Shown here: in pieces, positions 18,919-29,333 of the stretch
Layout of the letters: every line of letters begins with the position of its first letter
Position numbering within the stretch: position 1 is the first letter of the stretch
Assembly (NCBI GenBank): GCA_965116885.1
Contig: OZ220741.1
Location: forward strand, 5,088,001 to 5,152,000
Direction of reading: 5' to 3'
Length of the DNA: 64,000 bases
Source: Candidatus Latescibacterota bacterium
GTDB lineage: Bacteria; Latescibacterota; UBA2968
Notes under the pieces: model-generated
What the model was told of the DNA's origin: nothing
What the model saw: only the letters and a program-made list of their open reading frames with translations
Database searches by the model: none
Made by a program: the position numbers and the translations under genes

Positions 18919-20190
18919 GTGGCAGCATTTTTGAATCACGATCAAGTGCGAACAATTCGAGCGGAATTTGGCTCCCCTGTATATGTTTACGACCAGCGTA
19001 CGCTGGAAGCACAGGCCGAGGCAGTATTGAATTTTCCCAATGCCTTTGGACTTACTGCGCGCTACGCGATGAAAGCATTGCCCAACAGCACCGTAATTCG
19101 CATCTTAACGCAAAAGGGATTGCACATCGACGCCAGCAGTGGATATGAGGCCGAGCGCGCCATGCGGGCCGGTGTACCTGGTCCGCACATCATGCTTACG
19201 GCGCAGCAGATACCCAAAAATTTGAAACACCTGATCGATCGTGGTGTAATCTTTAACGCGTGTTCCCTGAACCAGCTGCAAACATTTGGCGACCTGTTCC
19301 CCGGGCGATCTCTTTCCATACGCATCAATCCCGGCATGGGATCTGGGCACAGCAAGCGCACCAACGTGGGGGGACCTGCGGCGAGTTTTGGGATCTGGCA
19401 TGAATATATCTCCGATGTGCACAAAATTTGCAAACAGCGCGATTTGACAATAACGACCATGCACACGCATATCGGGTCGGGCAGCGATCCCGAAGTGTGG
19501 GAACGCGTCGCATTGATGTCATTGAAAATTTGCGTTGGATTTGAAAACACCACCACATTGAGCTTGGGGGGTGGATACAAAGTCGGACGCCTGCAGGGCG
19601 AAGTATCGACGGATTTGCAGGTGATCGGGCAACATGTGGCCGAAGCCTTTGAAATGACCGCAAGACAAACCGGACGCGCGTTGCGCTTAGAAGTAGAACC
19701 TGGAACATACCTGGTGGCAAATGCCGGCGCAATCGTCGCAACGGCGATTGATGTGGTAGATACTGGGATAGACGGGTACAAATTTATCAAAACCGATACC
19801 GGGATGACCGAAGTGATTCGACCGAGCATGTACGGGGCGCAGCACCCCATTGCCGTGGTATCCGCCGAGGAAGAAGAACGCGGATTTAACGAATATATTG
19901 TAGTGGGACATTGTTGTGAAAGCGGCGACGTATTAACCCCTGCGCCCGATGACCCCGAAGGATTACTGCCCCGGTTATTGACAAAAACGAAAGTGGAAGA
20001 TGCCGTAGTCATTGGTGGAGCGGGCGCGTATTGTGCGGGCATGTCCTCTAAAAATTACAATTCCTTTCCCGAAGCAGCCGAAGTATTATTGGACAGAGAC
20101 GGCGCATTGCACTTAATTCGGAAACGTCAGACACTGGATCAGATTTTAGAAAATGAAATTGTACCGGATTTCTTGACTACTAAGAGCTAA
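18919..20190 (+). CDS. lysA: Diaminopimelate decarboxylase
   Basis: GSPVYVYD, YAMKA (PLP lysine), HTHIGSG, LGGG, EPGTYLVA, GHCCESGD, GAYCAGMSSKNYNS. Confidence 0.92.
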   Translation: MAAFLNHDQVRTIRAEFGSPVYVYDQRTLEAQAEAVLNFPNAFGLTARYAMKALPNSTVIRILTQKGLHIDASSGYEAERAMRAGVPGPHIMLTAQQIPKNLKHLIDRGVIFNACSLNQLQTFGDLFPGRSLSIRINPGMGSGHSKRTNVGGPAASFGIWHEYISDVHKICKQRDLTITTMHTHIGSGSDPEVWERVALMSLKICVGFENTTTLSLGGGYKVGRLQGEVSTDLQVIGQHVAEAFEMTARQTGRALRLEVEPGTYLVANAGAIVATAIDVVDTGIDGYKFIKTDTGMTEVIRPSMYGAQHPIAVVSAEEEERGFNEYIVVGHCCESGDVLTPAPDDPEGLLPRLLTKTKVEDAVVIGGAGAYCAGMSSKNYNSFPEAAEVLLDRDGALHLIRKRQTLDQILENEIVPDFLTTKS

Positions 20191-20193
20191 TCT

Positions 20194-21333
20194 ATGACTT
20201 ATGACGCAATTGTATTGGGCGCAGGAATCAATGGATGTGGCATTGCGCGTGAACTCGCCGAGCGAGGGCAACGGGTGCTGGTGCTGGACAAGGGAGCGAT
20301 TGGCGGGGGCACATCGTCCAAATCATCGCGATTGATCCACGGTGGGCTGCGCTATTTGGAAACGCGGCAATTTGGGCTGGTACGCGAGGCTTTAAGTGAT
20401 CGTCTGGAACTTTTGGGACGCTACCCCGAACTGGTCTCAATGCGACCGTTTTATCTGCCAATTTATCGCAAGAGTCCGCGTCCCGTCTGGCGGTTGTGGA
20501 CGGGTATCAAGCTCTACGATGCACTGGCTGGGCGGCACAATATCTATCGGTCACGCAAGGTATCTCGGAAGCGATTTACGCGTGAATTCCCCGCATTAAA
20601 GCGAGAGGGAATTCGGGCGGTACTGCGCTATTACGACGGCAAGACAAACGATCTCGCACTCACAAAGCGCGTAGCAGAAGATGCGCAAGAACTGGGATGT
20701 GTATTTCGCGAAGGGGTTGGCGTGCAACACATAGCCTGGGATGAAACCGGGTTTGCCGTATCGGTCGGCGAGACAAAATACCGCAGTCACATCCTGATCA
20801 ATGCAACGGGACCGTGGATTGATGAAGTCGCAGAGCGTTATCAATTGCCATCGCGATTTCAGATTCGCAAAGTGAGTGGCATTCACATTTTTGTAGATGG
20901 ACTACTCACACCCCATCCCCTGTTTTTGCAAACCGAAAGCAAGCGAGTCTTCTTTGTCATACCCGAGCCAGAACGCGACCAGACAATGATCGGCACAACC
21001 GAGCGCGAAGAGCGCGGACGGGTAGATGACGTGGCGATTCATGAGGAAGATCTCGATTATATAATACGGCAAGTAAATTCGTACCTGGTTTCAGACTGCC
21101 AACTTCGACGCACAGATATAACAGATGCTATTGTGGGAGTTCGTCCTCTTGTAGAAAAAAAAGGCGACGCAACCGCGCTCTCGCGGGAATACGAACTGGA
21201 CTTGCACACGCGCGGGCAAACCCAATTCCTCAATATATTCGGCGGAAAACTGACGACGTACTTATCGCTATCGCGTCGAGTCGCCAAAACACTCGGCATC
21301 AAAGAAATTGTGTCGATAGCACTGCGGGCTTAA
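20194..21333 (+). CDS. FAD-dependent glycerol-3-phosphate dehydrogenase-like oxidoreductase (short form)
   Basis: GAGINGCGIA, GTSSKSSRLIHGGLRYLE, INATGPW, GTTE, GVRPL, GGKLTTY. Confidence 0.85.
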   Translation: MTYDAIVLGAGINGCGIARELAERGQRVLVLDKGAIGGGTSSKSSRLIHGGLRYLETRQFGLVREALSDRLELLGRYPELVSMRPFYLPIYRKSPRPVWRLWTGIKLYDALAGRHNIYRSRKVSRKRFTREFPALKREGIRAVLRYYDGKTNDLALTKRVAEDAQELGCVFREGVGVQHIAWDETGFAVSVGETKYRSHILINATGPWIDEVAERYQLPSRFQIRKVSGIHIFVDGLLTPHPLFLQTESKRVFFVIPEPERDQTMIGTTEREERGRVDDVAIHEEDLDYIIRQVNSYLVSDCQLRRTDITDAIVGVRPLVEKKGDATALSREYELDLHTRGQTQFLNIFGGKLTTYLSLSRRVAKTLGIKEIVSIALRA

Positions 21334-21345
21334 CCGGAGGAATAG

Positions 21346-22761
21346 ATGCTAAAAAAATTGGACAATTTCAAAACGGCCGTTCTACCCGAACGCAAATCGG
21401 GCTTCTGGCAGATGGCGGGACCGGGTGCCATCCTGGTCGGGCTATCCATCGGCGCAGGCGAGATCATTGTGTGGCCTCTTGTAGTCGCTGAGTACGGGGC
21501 GAGCATGATCTGGGCTGCGGTACTCGGTGTATTTTTGCAAATGTGGATCAACTTTGAGGTCGGTCGATGGACAATTGCCACGGGTGAAACAGTATATACG
21601 GGATTTGCGCGTGTGTGGCGCGGTTTTGCACCGCTATTTATTCTAATCACATTATTCTCCTGGATCGCCCCGGGATGGGGACGCGCCTCGGGATTGGCTC
21701 TCAAAGCACTGCTGGTCGGCCCCCAGGGTTGGGGCTCGGACACATTTTGGACCATAATTACATTTATCGGCGTCGCACTGATATTGTTTGGTCCCAAACT
21801 CATTTACAATTCAATGGAAAAAGCCGTTGAACTGATGGTGGCGATTGTCACCATAGGATTAATCATGGTGGCTTTTGCCGTGGGCACGGCAGAAACCTGG
21901 ATCGACCTGGGGAAAGGTATCGCGAACATTGGGTACAAAGATCCAAACATGTCGGTAAAGGCGCTATTCATCGCCATCGTATTTGCCGGCGCTGGAGGAA
22001 CGGCAAATTTGTTTTACACCTTTTATTTGCGCGACAAACACATTGGCATGGGCGCGCATGTGCCAATCATGCAAAATCCATTGCGGAGCCGCACAGAAGC
22101 CATTCCATCAACCGGATTTGTATTTGAAGAAACAGAAGAAAACGCGACGAGGTTCAAGGCCTGGTGGGATTATATAAAAAAAGATCAGATGTTGTTTTTC
22201 TGGGGATTAAACTCCATTACAATGATGCTGTTCATCTTTGGATCGCTCGCAGTCCTGCATCCCCAGGGCATCGTGCCCGCACAAGGCACGCTGATTTGGG
22301 ACGAAGCCGCTATTCTGGGCGAAATTTGGGGCGACATAGGCCGCGTGATCTTTCTCCTGGTGGGGCTGGCAACGCTGTTTGGCACACAACTCGCCCTCGT
22401 GGATGGGGTCTCACGATCAATCGCAGACATTATATATACCAATTTTAAGGGCGCGCAAAAACGAGAACTAAGCTGGTGGTACCTCCTCGTTGCGGGAATA
22501 TGGATTGTGGCCGGATGTGTGATCACTTTTGTGATGGAACAATACGGTGTAAGCGAATTGGGCTTTCTGTTTAATGCGGCCTACATGGGCGGATTTGCCA
22601 TGGCGATTTACGTGCCACTGATGCTGTACATCAATTATCGCTATTTGCCAAAAACCGCCCGACCGGGCAAGGAATGTACCGCGATGATGGTAATTGCATC
22701 ACTGGTATATGTAGTATTTGCAATAGCCTGTATTTTGTGGGAAGTGGGTATTTTGGCTTAA
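21346..22761 (+). CDS. Nramp/APC-superfamily transporter
   Basis: Multiple TM helices; N-terminal GPGAILVGLSIGAGE and 'GRWTIATGE'. Confidence 0.75.
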   Translation: MLKKLDNFKTAVLPERKSGFWQMAGPGAILVGLSIGAGEIIVWPLVVAEYGASMIWAAVLGVFLQMWINFEVGRWTIATGETVYTGFARVWRGFAPLFILITLFSWIAPGWGRASGLALKALLVGPQGWGSDTFWTIITFIGVALILFGPKLIYNSMEKAVELMVAIVTIGLIMVAFAVGTAETWIDLGKGIANIGYKDPNMSVKALFIAIVFAGAGGTANLFYTFYLRDKHIGMGAHVPIMQNPLRSRTEAIPSTGFVFEETEENATRFKAWWDYIKKDQMLFFWGLNSITMMLFIFGSLAVLHPQGIVPAQGTLIWDEAAILGEIWGDIGRVIFLLVGLATLFGTQLALVDGVSRSIADIIYTNFKGAQKRELSWWYLLVAGIWIVAGCVITFVMEQYGVSELGFLFNAAYMGGFAMAIYVPLMLYINYRYLPKTARPGKECTAMMVIASLVYVVFAIACILWEVGILA

Positions 22762-22775
22762 AAAGGAAGAGACCA

Positions 22776-23816
22776 ATGGACAGACGCAAACGCTTCTTCT
22801 CGCCTTATGAATCTGTTTTTGCGTGGATGCAAGCGACAGAGTCCGAGTTGGCATTTGATGGACAGAATGTGGATGACTGGCGTCTATGGCGTCGAAAATT
22901 CCGCGCGCGATTGACGAAAAATCTGGGACCAATGCCAGAACGCGTGCTCCTTCAGGCAGAAGTGCTACGCCGGGACGACATGGGGGATTACGTGCGCGAA
23001 AAAGTCGCGTTTGACACAGAGCAGTTTGCCAGCGTCCCCGCATTTGTACTGGTGCCAAAGGGACTGAAGCGCGACGAAAAGCGTCCGGGAATTCTGGCGG
23101 CACACGGACATGGAATAGGCAAAAATCCACTCGTGGGTTTGGATGCAGATGAAAAGCCACACGAGGATTATCAGAAGCAGTTGGGTGTCCAACTCGTGCA
23201 GCGGGGCTATGTGGTCATCGCACCGGATTGGCGCGGATTTGGCGAGCGGATGAGTCCCGAAGATTGGGTGCGCCAAACGCGCGACAAGTGCAACGTAAAT
23301 TACATGGCAGAAGGATATCGCGGGTATCACTTTTTGGCATTGCAAATCTGGGATGGATTTCGCACACTGGATTACCTACAGGCGCGCCGAGAAGTGAATG
23401 AGAAGCAAATAGGATGTTTGGGCGTATCATTCGGCGGCACAATGACGACCTATTTGACAGCTCTGGATCAGCGGATCAAATGCGCGTGTATCAGTGGGTA
23501 TCTCAGCACATTGCGAGAAGGCGCGATGCCCGGAAGAGCAAATTTTTGTGGTGCACAATATATGCCGGGGTTGATGGCGATCGGCGATATTCCCGATGTT
23601 GCGGGTTTGATCGCGCCTCGACCTCTCGTCGTGGAGATGGGCGAACGCGATCCGGGCTTTCAAATCTCAGATGCTGAACGGGCATTTCGCCACCTATCAA
23701 AAATCTATCGCGCAGCAGATGCACGCGATCAGTTGGTAAAAGATCGATTTGATGGGGTCCACGAATTTAGTGGCCACAAGTGTTTGGATATATTTGACAA
23801 ATATTTGAAGGGATAA
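22776..23816 (+). CDS. Alpha/beta hydrolase (dienelactone hydrolase/acetylxylan esterase-like)
   Basis: HGHG, APDWRGFGER, nucleophile motif GVSFGG, APRPL, late His (GVHEF). Start at ATG 22776 after the upstream gene's stop. Confidence 0.8.
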   Translation: MDRRKRFFSPYESVFAWMQATESELAFDGQNVDDWRLWRRKFRARLTKNLGPMPERVLLQAEVLRRDDMGDYVREKVAFDTEQFASVPAFVLVPKGLKRDEKRPGILAAHGHGIGKNPLVGLDADEKPHEDYQKQLGVQLVQRGYVVIAPDWRGFGERMSPEDWVRQTRDKCNVNYMAEGYRGYHFLALQIWDGFRTLDYLQARREVNEKQIGCLGVSFGGTMTTYLTALDQRIKCACISGYLSTLREGAMPGRANFCGAQYMPGLMAIGDIPDVAGLIAPRPLVVEMGERDPGFQISDAERAFRHLSKIYRAADARDQLVKDRFDGVHEFSGHKCLDIFDKYLKG

Positions 23817-23844
23817 GACAGCGTATCGTTATCAGGAGATCTTT

Positions 23845-24996
23845 ATGCCCAGAGAGCCAGAAGCATCGTGGGAAAATGGGGTTCGCAGTGTGCGCCGAGA
23901 TGAAATGGGGCGTTTGTGTCAGCTACTCGACAACGTATTTTTCGAGGGGCTGTCAGATATGCAACCACACGCCTTCAATGACGATAATATGCACAATTTG
24001 CGCGTGGTCGTAGAAAACGGCGAAGTCGTATCGCACATCGGCACAATTCGGCGGAACATATCCATTATGGGATGCACACTCCGCGTAGCCTCTCTGGGAG
24101 GGGTAGCGACTTACGAAGCCCATCGGGGCAAGGGCCATGCCACGGCACTCTTGCGAGATACCATGCGTCACTGCCGCAAAGATGGCGTGGATTATATCAT
24201 GGTATCGGGCTATCGCAACATGTACCACAGATATGGGTGTCGATATGTAGGGCGAGATAGGATATTTCACATCGCGCGTGAGCGGGCAAACGATTTTGAC
24301 GATACAACCTGGGCGATAACACGGGCATCAAAAGCAGATGTAGAAACGATTGGAGCCATCTACCGACGAGAACCCGTGCGCTGGCTGCGCCCGCCTTCGG
24401 ACATCGCCTTTGGCATAGATGGATGGGTGCAGAACCGTCCGGCAAAAACCTATCTGATCCATCGGGGCAATCAACCCGTTGCTTTTGGAGTTATACAACA
24501 GGCACGAGAACGAGATGCAGGGCAAGTATATTTGCTCGATTACGCAGGTGAGCGGTCTGCAATCGTCGGCGCATTGGGCAAGTTTATCGAAAAGCAGCAA
24601 TTGAATCGGCTATCATTGCACGTCAAGGGATTCGATACCGTATTGCGCGGCTTGCTTGAAGCGCGCGGTTTTACAGGTGAGCCTGCCAATTTACCCGGTA
24701 CGACGATGATCATTCATTTCGAACAATTACTCGAAAAAATGCGTCCCTATTTTGTCGAACGTGTCGGAGAACACGCTGCCCGGGGGCTGGTATTTCGGGA
24801 AGACGGTGACGAATACCACATCTACTACGGCGGCGACCGCGTAGTGGCCGAAAGCCGCGGTGCAGCGGCACAACTGATTTTTGGAACGCTGGAAGAATCT
24901 GAAAATGCTATGTTGGATGCAGGCGGACTCGCCGGTGAAGTCTTGCGCGCCTGCCTGCCGATTCCGGGGGTTTGGTACGGGGTGAATCATCTCTGA
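23845..24996 (+). CDS. GNAT N-acetyltransferase (Eis-like architecture)
   Basis: LGGVATYEAHRGKGHA (motif A), 'MYHRYG'; RBS AGGAG upstream. Confidence 0.8.
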   Translation: MPREPEASWENGVRSVRRDEMGRLCQLLDNVFFEGLSDMQPHAFNDDNMHNLRVVVENGEVVSHIGTIRRNISIMGCTLRVASLGGVATYEAHRGKGHATALLRDTMRHCRKDGVDYIMVSGYRNMYHRYGCRYVGRDRIFHIARERANDFDDTTWAITRASKADVETIGAIYRREPVRWLRPPSDIAFGIDGWVQNRPAKTYLIHRGNQPVAFGVIQQARERDAGQVYLLDYAGERSAIVGALGKFIEKQQLNRLSLHVKGFDTVLRGLLEARGFTGEPANLPGTTMIIHFEQLLEKMRPYFVERVGEHAARGLVFREDGDEYHIYYGGDRVVAESRGAAAQLIFGTLEESENAMLDAGGLAGEVLRACLPIPGVWYGVNHL

Positions 24997-25109
24997 GTTC
25001 GCCAAATAACTGTTCCGAATCTCAAACTCTATTTTATCTTGCTATCTGGTATTGCGTGCCTTATACTTACGGTGCATATTGAATACTCACAAACAGTAAG
25101 GATATTTTT

Positions 25110-25523
25110 ATGACAGCTCCAGATGGTGATTCCGCAGATATACTCTATGAGCAAGTCCTCGATAATGCGCGTCGAGAAATTGAAGATGCATTGGCTATAA
25201 TAGACGAATTGCGCCAATCAATCCGTCAGGTGGAAGCTCGAGTTGAAGCCGCCCAATCGATTTATAACGCCGTTACCGCGAGATTGAACCTGGAAGATGA
25301 ACTGACCGAAGAAATACACCTGGACACTCTGCCCAATATACCGCCAGTTGAGCCATCTGAGGTAGCGTCAGAACCGTCGCCACCATCCGAGCCTTCCATA
25401 CCAGAAGAACCCCTGGAGGTCGATGAGGCAGAATCTCCATCCGAACAAAATGATGCACCAGTGCTCTCTGAGGCCGAACGCGCGCTTATCAGCGAGCATC
25501 TGCGATCAAAACGCAAAGGATAA
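25110..25523 (+). CDS. Hypothetical protein (coiled coil plus acidic Pro-rich tail)
   Basis: RBS AAGGA; promoter-like TTGCTA-17-TATACT upstream; downstream hairpin agaacaggg...ccctgttct. Confidence 0.65.
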   Translation: MTAPDGDSADILYEQVLDNARREIEDALAIIDELRQSIRQVEARVEAAQSIYNAVTARLNLEDELTEEIHLDTLPNIPPVEPSEVASEPSPPSEPSIPEEPLEVDEAESPSEQNDAPVLSEAERALISEHLRSKRKG

Positions 25524-25642
25524 GCACCTACATACTTATCATATTAACAGAACAGGGCTTCGCATCTTGCAGAAATCCCTGTTCTTTGTATTTTAGGGGA
25601 TGGCTTTTAGAAAATGCAAACACGCCAACCGAAGGAATTTTT

Positions 25643-27085
25643 ATGAGCATGTGTGACACGGAGAAATCCGTTGACGAGATGGACGCCCGGGAACGGGCAC
25701 GCTATATCGACGATCTGACGCCCAGAGGTGGTTTATATACCGAAGTACAGCGCGAGGTGCATCCGCAATCGAACAGTTCGTGGCGCGTATCGCCCGACCC
25801 GTGGTGGCTACCTCCCCCGGTTCTATCACACCTCGAGGCATTGGGACAGCATCTCTATCAGTTTTACAAAGCACTGAATCTATTGTATTCGCAAAGTATA
25901 AGGGGTATTCAGCCCACATGGGTCTCGCGGTATCTGGATCTGGGCAAATCGGAAGAAGTGATCAAATTTGGGCAAATGAGCCGATTCAAAAGCCATGTAC
26001 CCCTCGTGATTCGGCCCGATGTGATACCCACGCGATCGGGAATGATTGCGACGGAATTGGATTCGGTGCCTGGTGGAATTGGATTTACGGCAAGCCTGGC
26101 AGAGCGATATGCCAAACTCGGCGATCAAATTGTGGGCGGCGCAAATGGGATGGTCACTGGATTTGCACAGATGGTCCGTGACGTTGCCGGCACAGATGCG
26201 CCTGTGTTGGGCGTGGTGGTCTCGGAAGAAGCATCGGCTTATCGGCCTGAAATGTCGTACCTGGGCGACCGATTAAATGCCGCCGGTCTGGAAACTTATG
26301 TCATTGGACCCGAAGAACTATCTTTTGTCGAAGATGGGCTATTTATCGATGGGGCAAATGGTCGCCGACGCATAGACGTGATATACAGATTTTTTGAGTT
26401 ATTCGATTTGAGGAACCTGCCCCAAATAGATTTGATTTTATACGCAGTACGCAAAGGGCTCGTCAAGATCACACCCCCCTTAAAAGCATATCACGAAGAA
26501 AAGATGATGATGGCCCTATTCCACCATCCCTTGCTATCGAATTTCTGGCATCAACACCTGGGCAAAAAATCCGTGGCCTTTTTGCGGCAAACCTTTCCCA
26601 AAACGTGGATCTTAGACCCTGCACCTTTGCCTCCCCATGGCGTTATTGCCAGCTTGGAAATCGCCGGTCAATCCTTTTCCGATTGGCGTGTACTGGGGCA
26701 CCTGGGGCAAAAACACCGACAACTGGTCATCAAACCCTCGGGATATTCTGAAATGGCCTGGGGCAGTCGCGGTGTAACCATTGGACACGACATGGCCGAG
26801 CGAGATTGGCAAGGCGTGATCGACGAGGCATTACGCGCCTTTGAGCAAACGCCCCATATCATGCAGGAATTTCACAATGGCGCGACTTTTTCTGTATCGT
26901 ATTACAATTACGAAACCGATCAAATCGAAACATTCAGAGGACGGGTGCGATTACAACCCTATTATTTTGTCATTAAAGACAAAGCAGTGCTCTCGGGCTT
27001 ACAGGCGACAGTCTGTCCAGCAGACAAAAAAATATTGCACGGAATGGTGGATGCAGTGGTGATACCTGGCGCGGTTAAGAAGTGA
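25643..27085 (+). CDS. Glutathionylspermidine-synthase-like / circularly permuted ATP-grasp protein
   Basis: IRPD...TELDSVPGG, DVIYRFFELFD, EEK, PKTW, VIKPSG...WGSRGV.IG, IMQEF, RVRLQPYYF. Confidence 0.65.
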   Translation: MSMCDTEKSVDEMDARERARYIDDLTPRGGLYTEVQREVHPQSNSSWRVSPDPWWLPPPVLSHLEALGQHLYQFYKALNLLYSQSIRGIQPTWVSRYLDLGKSEEVIKFGQMSRFKSHVPLVIRPDVIPTRSGMIATELDSVPGGIGFTASLAERYAKLGDQIVGGANGMVTGFAQMVRDVAGTDAPVLGVVVSEEASAYRPEMSYLGDRLNAAGLETYVIGPEELSFVEDGLFIDGANGRRRIDVIYRFFELFDLRNLPQIDLILYAVRKGLVKITPPLKAYHEEKMMMALFHHPLLSNFWHQHLGKKSVAFLRQTFPKTWILDPAPLPPHGVIASLEIAGQSFSDWRVLGHLGQKHRQLVIKPSGYSEMAWGSRGVTIGHDMAERDWQGVIDEALRAFEQTPHIMQEFHNGATFSVSYYNYETDQIETFRGRVRLQPYYFVIKDKAVLSGLQATVCPADKKILHGMVDAVVIPGAVKK

Positions 27086-27100
27086 GCGAGGACGGAAAAC

Positions 27101-27931
27101 ATGACACTTGATGAGAAACTCACACGGCTGAATGATTTGCTCAAAGACATGGGCAGTGTGGTTGTGGCATTTTCGGGCGGGGTTGACAGCGCGTTTTTGG
27201 CAGCAGCAGCACATCGGGTCCTGGGCGACCACGCGCTGGCTGTTACCGCAATCTCTGCGAGCTATGCGTCTGGTGAACGCGAAAAGGCTCAAGCACTGGC
27301 CGAGCTAATTGGCATTCGACTCGACATTGTCTATACCCGAGAGATGGAAAACCCCGACTACGTAAAAAACGATCCCGATCGGTGTTTTCACTGCAAAAGC
27401 GCGCTGGCGGATAAGCTGGACGAAGTAATCGAACGCTATACAGGACAATTCGAGTATTTGCTCTACGGCGCAATAGCCGACGATGTTGGCGACTATCGCC
27501 CGGGCATGGCTGCCGCCGAATCCCGGGGTATTCGCGCACCAATGGTCGAATTGGGATTCACCAAAGACGACGTCAGAACATTGTCAAAGCGATGGCACCT
27601 GCCCACCTGGGACATGCCCGCATCGGCGTGTTTGTCTTCTCGAATACCCTATGGCACAGCCGTCACAGAGGAAGCATTACATAAAATTGATCGCGCCGAA
27701 CAATTTTTGAAAGCGCGTGGATTTGTGCAAGTGCGCGTTCGGCATCACGAAGACATTGCCCGAATTGAAGTTCCACCTGAAGATCTGGCGCGGTTTTTTC
27801 AGGATGGTACAAACGAAGCTGTGGCTCAGGCACTCAAAAATATCGGGTATCGCTATGTCACTTTGGATCTTCAGGGGTATCGCACGGGCAGCTTGAATGA
27901 AGTGTTAATGAAAATAGAGACTAAGGACTAA
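27101..27931 (+). CDS. larE: ATP-dependent sulfur transferase LarE family
   Basis: PP-loop AFSGGVDS, RCFHCK, DYRPG, SACLSSRIPYG, RVRHH, GYRTGSLN. Confidence 0.9.
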   Translation: MTLDEKLTRLNDLLKDMGSVVVAFSGGVDSAFLAAAAHRVLGDHALAVTAISASYASGEREKAQALAELIGIRLDIVYTREMENPDYVKNDPDRCFHCKSALADKLDEVIERYTGQFEYLLYGAIADDVGDYRPGMAAAESRGIRAPMVELGFTKDDVRTLSKRWHLPTWDMPASACLSSRIPYGTAVTEEALHKIDRAEQFLKARGFVQVRVRHHEDIARIEVPPEDLARFFQDGTNEAVAQALKNIGYRYVTLDLQGYRTGSLNEVLMKIETKD

Positions 27932-27941
27932 ACTGATAAAT

Positions 27942-28478
27942 ATGGCCTTACTCGAAATAAAAAAATTCGGTTGTCCAATATTGCGAAAAAAAGCAACTCC
28001 CGTTCAAGATATAACCGATGAAGTGCGGCAACTTGTCGAGGACATGTTCGAAACAATGTATGAGGCCGAAGGGGTTGGCCTGGCAGCGCAACAGGTGGGC
28101 TTTACAGGACGACTTCTGGTAATGGATGTGCGCCCGCGCGACCCCATGTCGGAACCTCTGGCATTTATCAATCCGGAAATTTTATGGGCAGAGGGTGAAT
28201 GTGTTGGCGAAGAAGGTTGTTTGAGCCTCCCGGAAATTGTCGGAGATGTCAAACGCCCGGCACGGGTGCGTGTACGCGCACTCAATGAGAATGGAAGTGT
28301 GCTTGAGATGACAATGGATGGCATTGCCGCCAAAGCACTTCAACACGAAATTGATCACCTAAATGGCGTGCTCATCCTCGAACATTTTAATGCGATCAAG
28401 CGCAATTTGTTGCGCGGTCAATTGCGCAAACTACAGCGCGAAGGCAAAAAACAGGCACCGGAGTTGGCGTACGTATAG
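27942..28478 (+). CDS. def: Peptide deformylase
   Basis: GVGLAAQQVG, EGCLS, QHEIDHLNG. Confidence 0.97.
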   Translation: MALLEIKKFGCPILRKKATPVQDITDEVRQLVEDMFETMYEAEGVGLAAQQVGFTGRLLVMDVRPRDPMSEPLAFINPEILWAEGECVGEEGCLSLPEIVGDVKRPARVRVRALNENGSVLEMTMDGIAAKALQHEIDHLNGVLILEHFNAIKRNLLRGQLRKLQREGKKQAPELAYV

Positions 28479-28498
28479 CACTGACCACTGACTTTTCT

Positions 28499-29320
28499 AT
28501 GGCATCTTATATTGATTTGCATCTGCATTCGACGCAATCGGATGGCACATTCTCTCCAACTCAGGTTGTTCAGCGGGCAGCCGAATTGGGAGTATCGGCC
28601 ATCAGTCTGACGGATCACGATTCGGTTGCCGGCGTGCAAGAGGCTCAGAATATCGGTCGAGATATTGGCGTAGAAGTAATTCCCGGCATCGAATTGAGCG
28701 CGCAGGAAGCTGGCATAGACATTCACATCCTGGGCTATTTTATCGATCCTACAAATTCGGATTTACTGGCATATATACAGAAATTTCAAGATGCGCGGCG
28801 CAACCGCGCAGAAAAAATAGTGGCCAGGCTCAATCGCCTGGGCGTACGAATCACAATAGCGCAGGTGTTACACAAAGCGGGAGATGCTACTATCGGACGC
28901 CCCCATATAGCGGATGTACTGGTCGAAGAGGGATTTGTGTTTTCCCACGATCACGCATTCCAAAAATATCTGGGATATGGCAAACCCGCGTACCAACCCA
29001 AATATGTATTGACGCCGCGCGAAGCGGTAGAAGTCATTCACGCGGCTGGTGGATTGGCCAGTCTGGCACATCCCGTTTTATATCGCCGCGATGCTCTTAT
29101 TCCCGACCTGATCAAACAGGGGTTAGATGGCCTCGAAGTGATGCATGTCAAACACGACCACGCAGATGTGCGTCGCTATTCAGATATGGCACAACACTAT
29201 GATCTACTCACAACGGGTGGATCAGATTGCCACGGCGATGGTCGCGGTCAAGCCGTAATGGGAACTGTTCGGATTCCCTTGACATTTTTGGCTGCAATGA
29301 AGAAAAAATTGGCGCAGTAG
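28499..29320 (+). CDS. PHP-domain phosphoesterase (YciV/TrpH-like)
   Basis: DLHLHSTQSDG, LTDHD, GIELS, HILGY, GRPH, LAHP, GGSDCHG. Confidence 0.92.
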   Translation: MASYIDLHLHSTQSDGTFSPTQVVQRAAELGVSAISLTDHDSVAGVQEAQNIGRDIGVEVIPGIELSAQEAGIDIHILGYFIDPTNSDLLAYIQKFQDARRNRAEKIVARLNRLGVRITIAQVLHKAGDATIGRPHIADVLVEEGFVFSHDHAFQKYLGYGKPAYQPKYVLTPREAVEVIHAAGGLASLAHPVLYRRDALIPDLIKQGLDGLEVMHVKHDHADVRRYSDMAQHYDLLTTGGSDCHGDGRGQAVMGTVRIPLTFLAAMKKKLAQ

Positions 29321-29333
29321 AGGCGACGCTTAT

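Noticed and set aside
25110..25523. Acidic small protein as precursor or substrate of the downstream ATP-grasp ligase
   Set aside because: No leader/core pattern, and a terminator-like hairpin separates the genes; unsupported.
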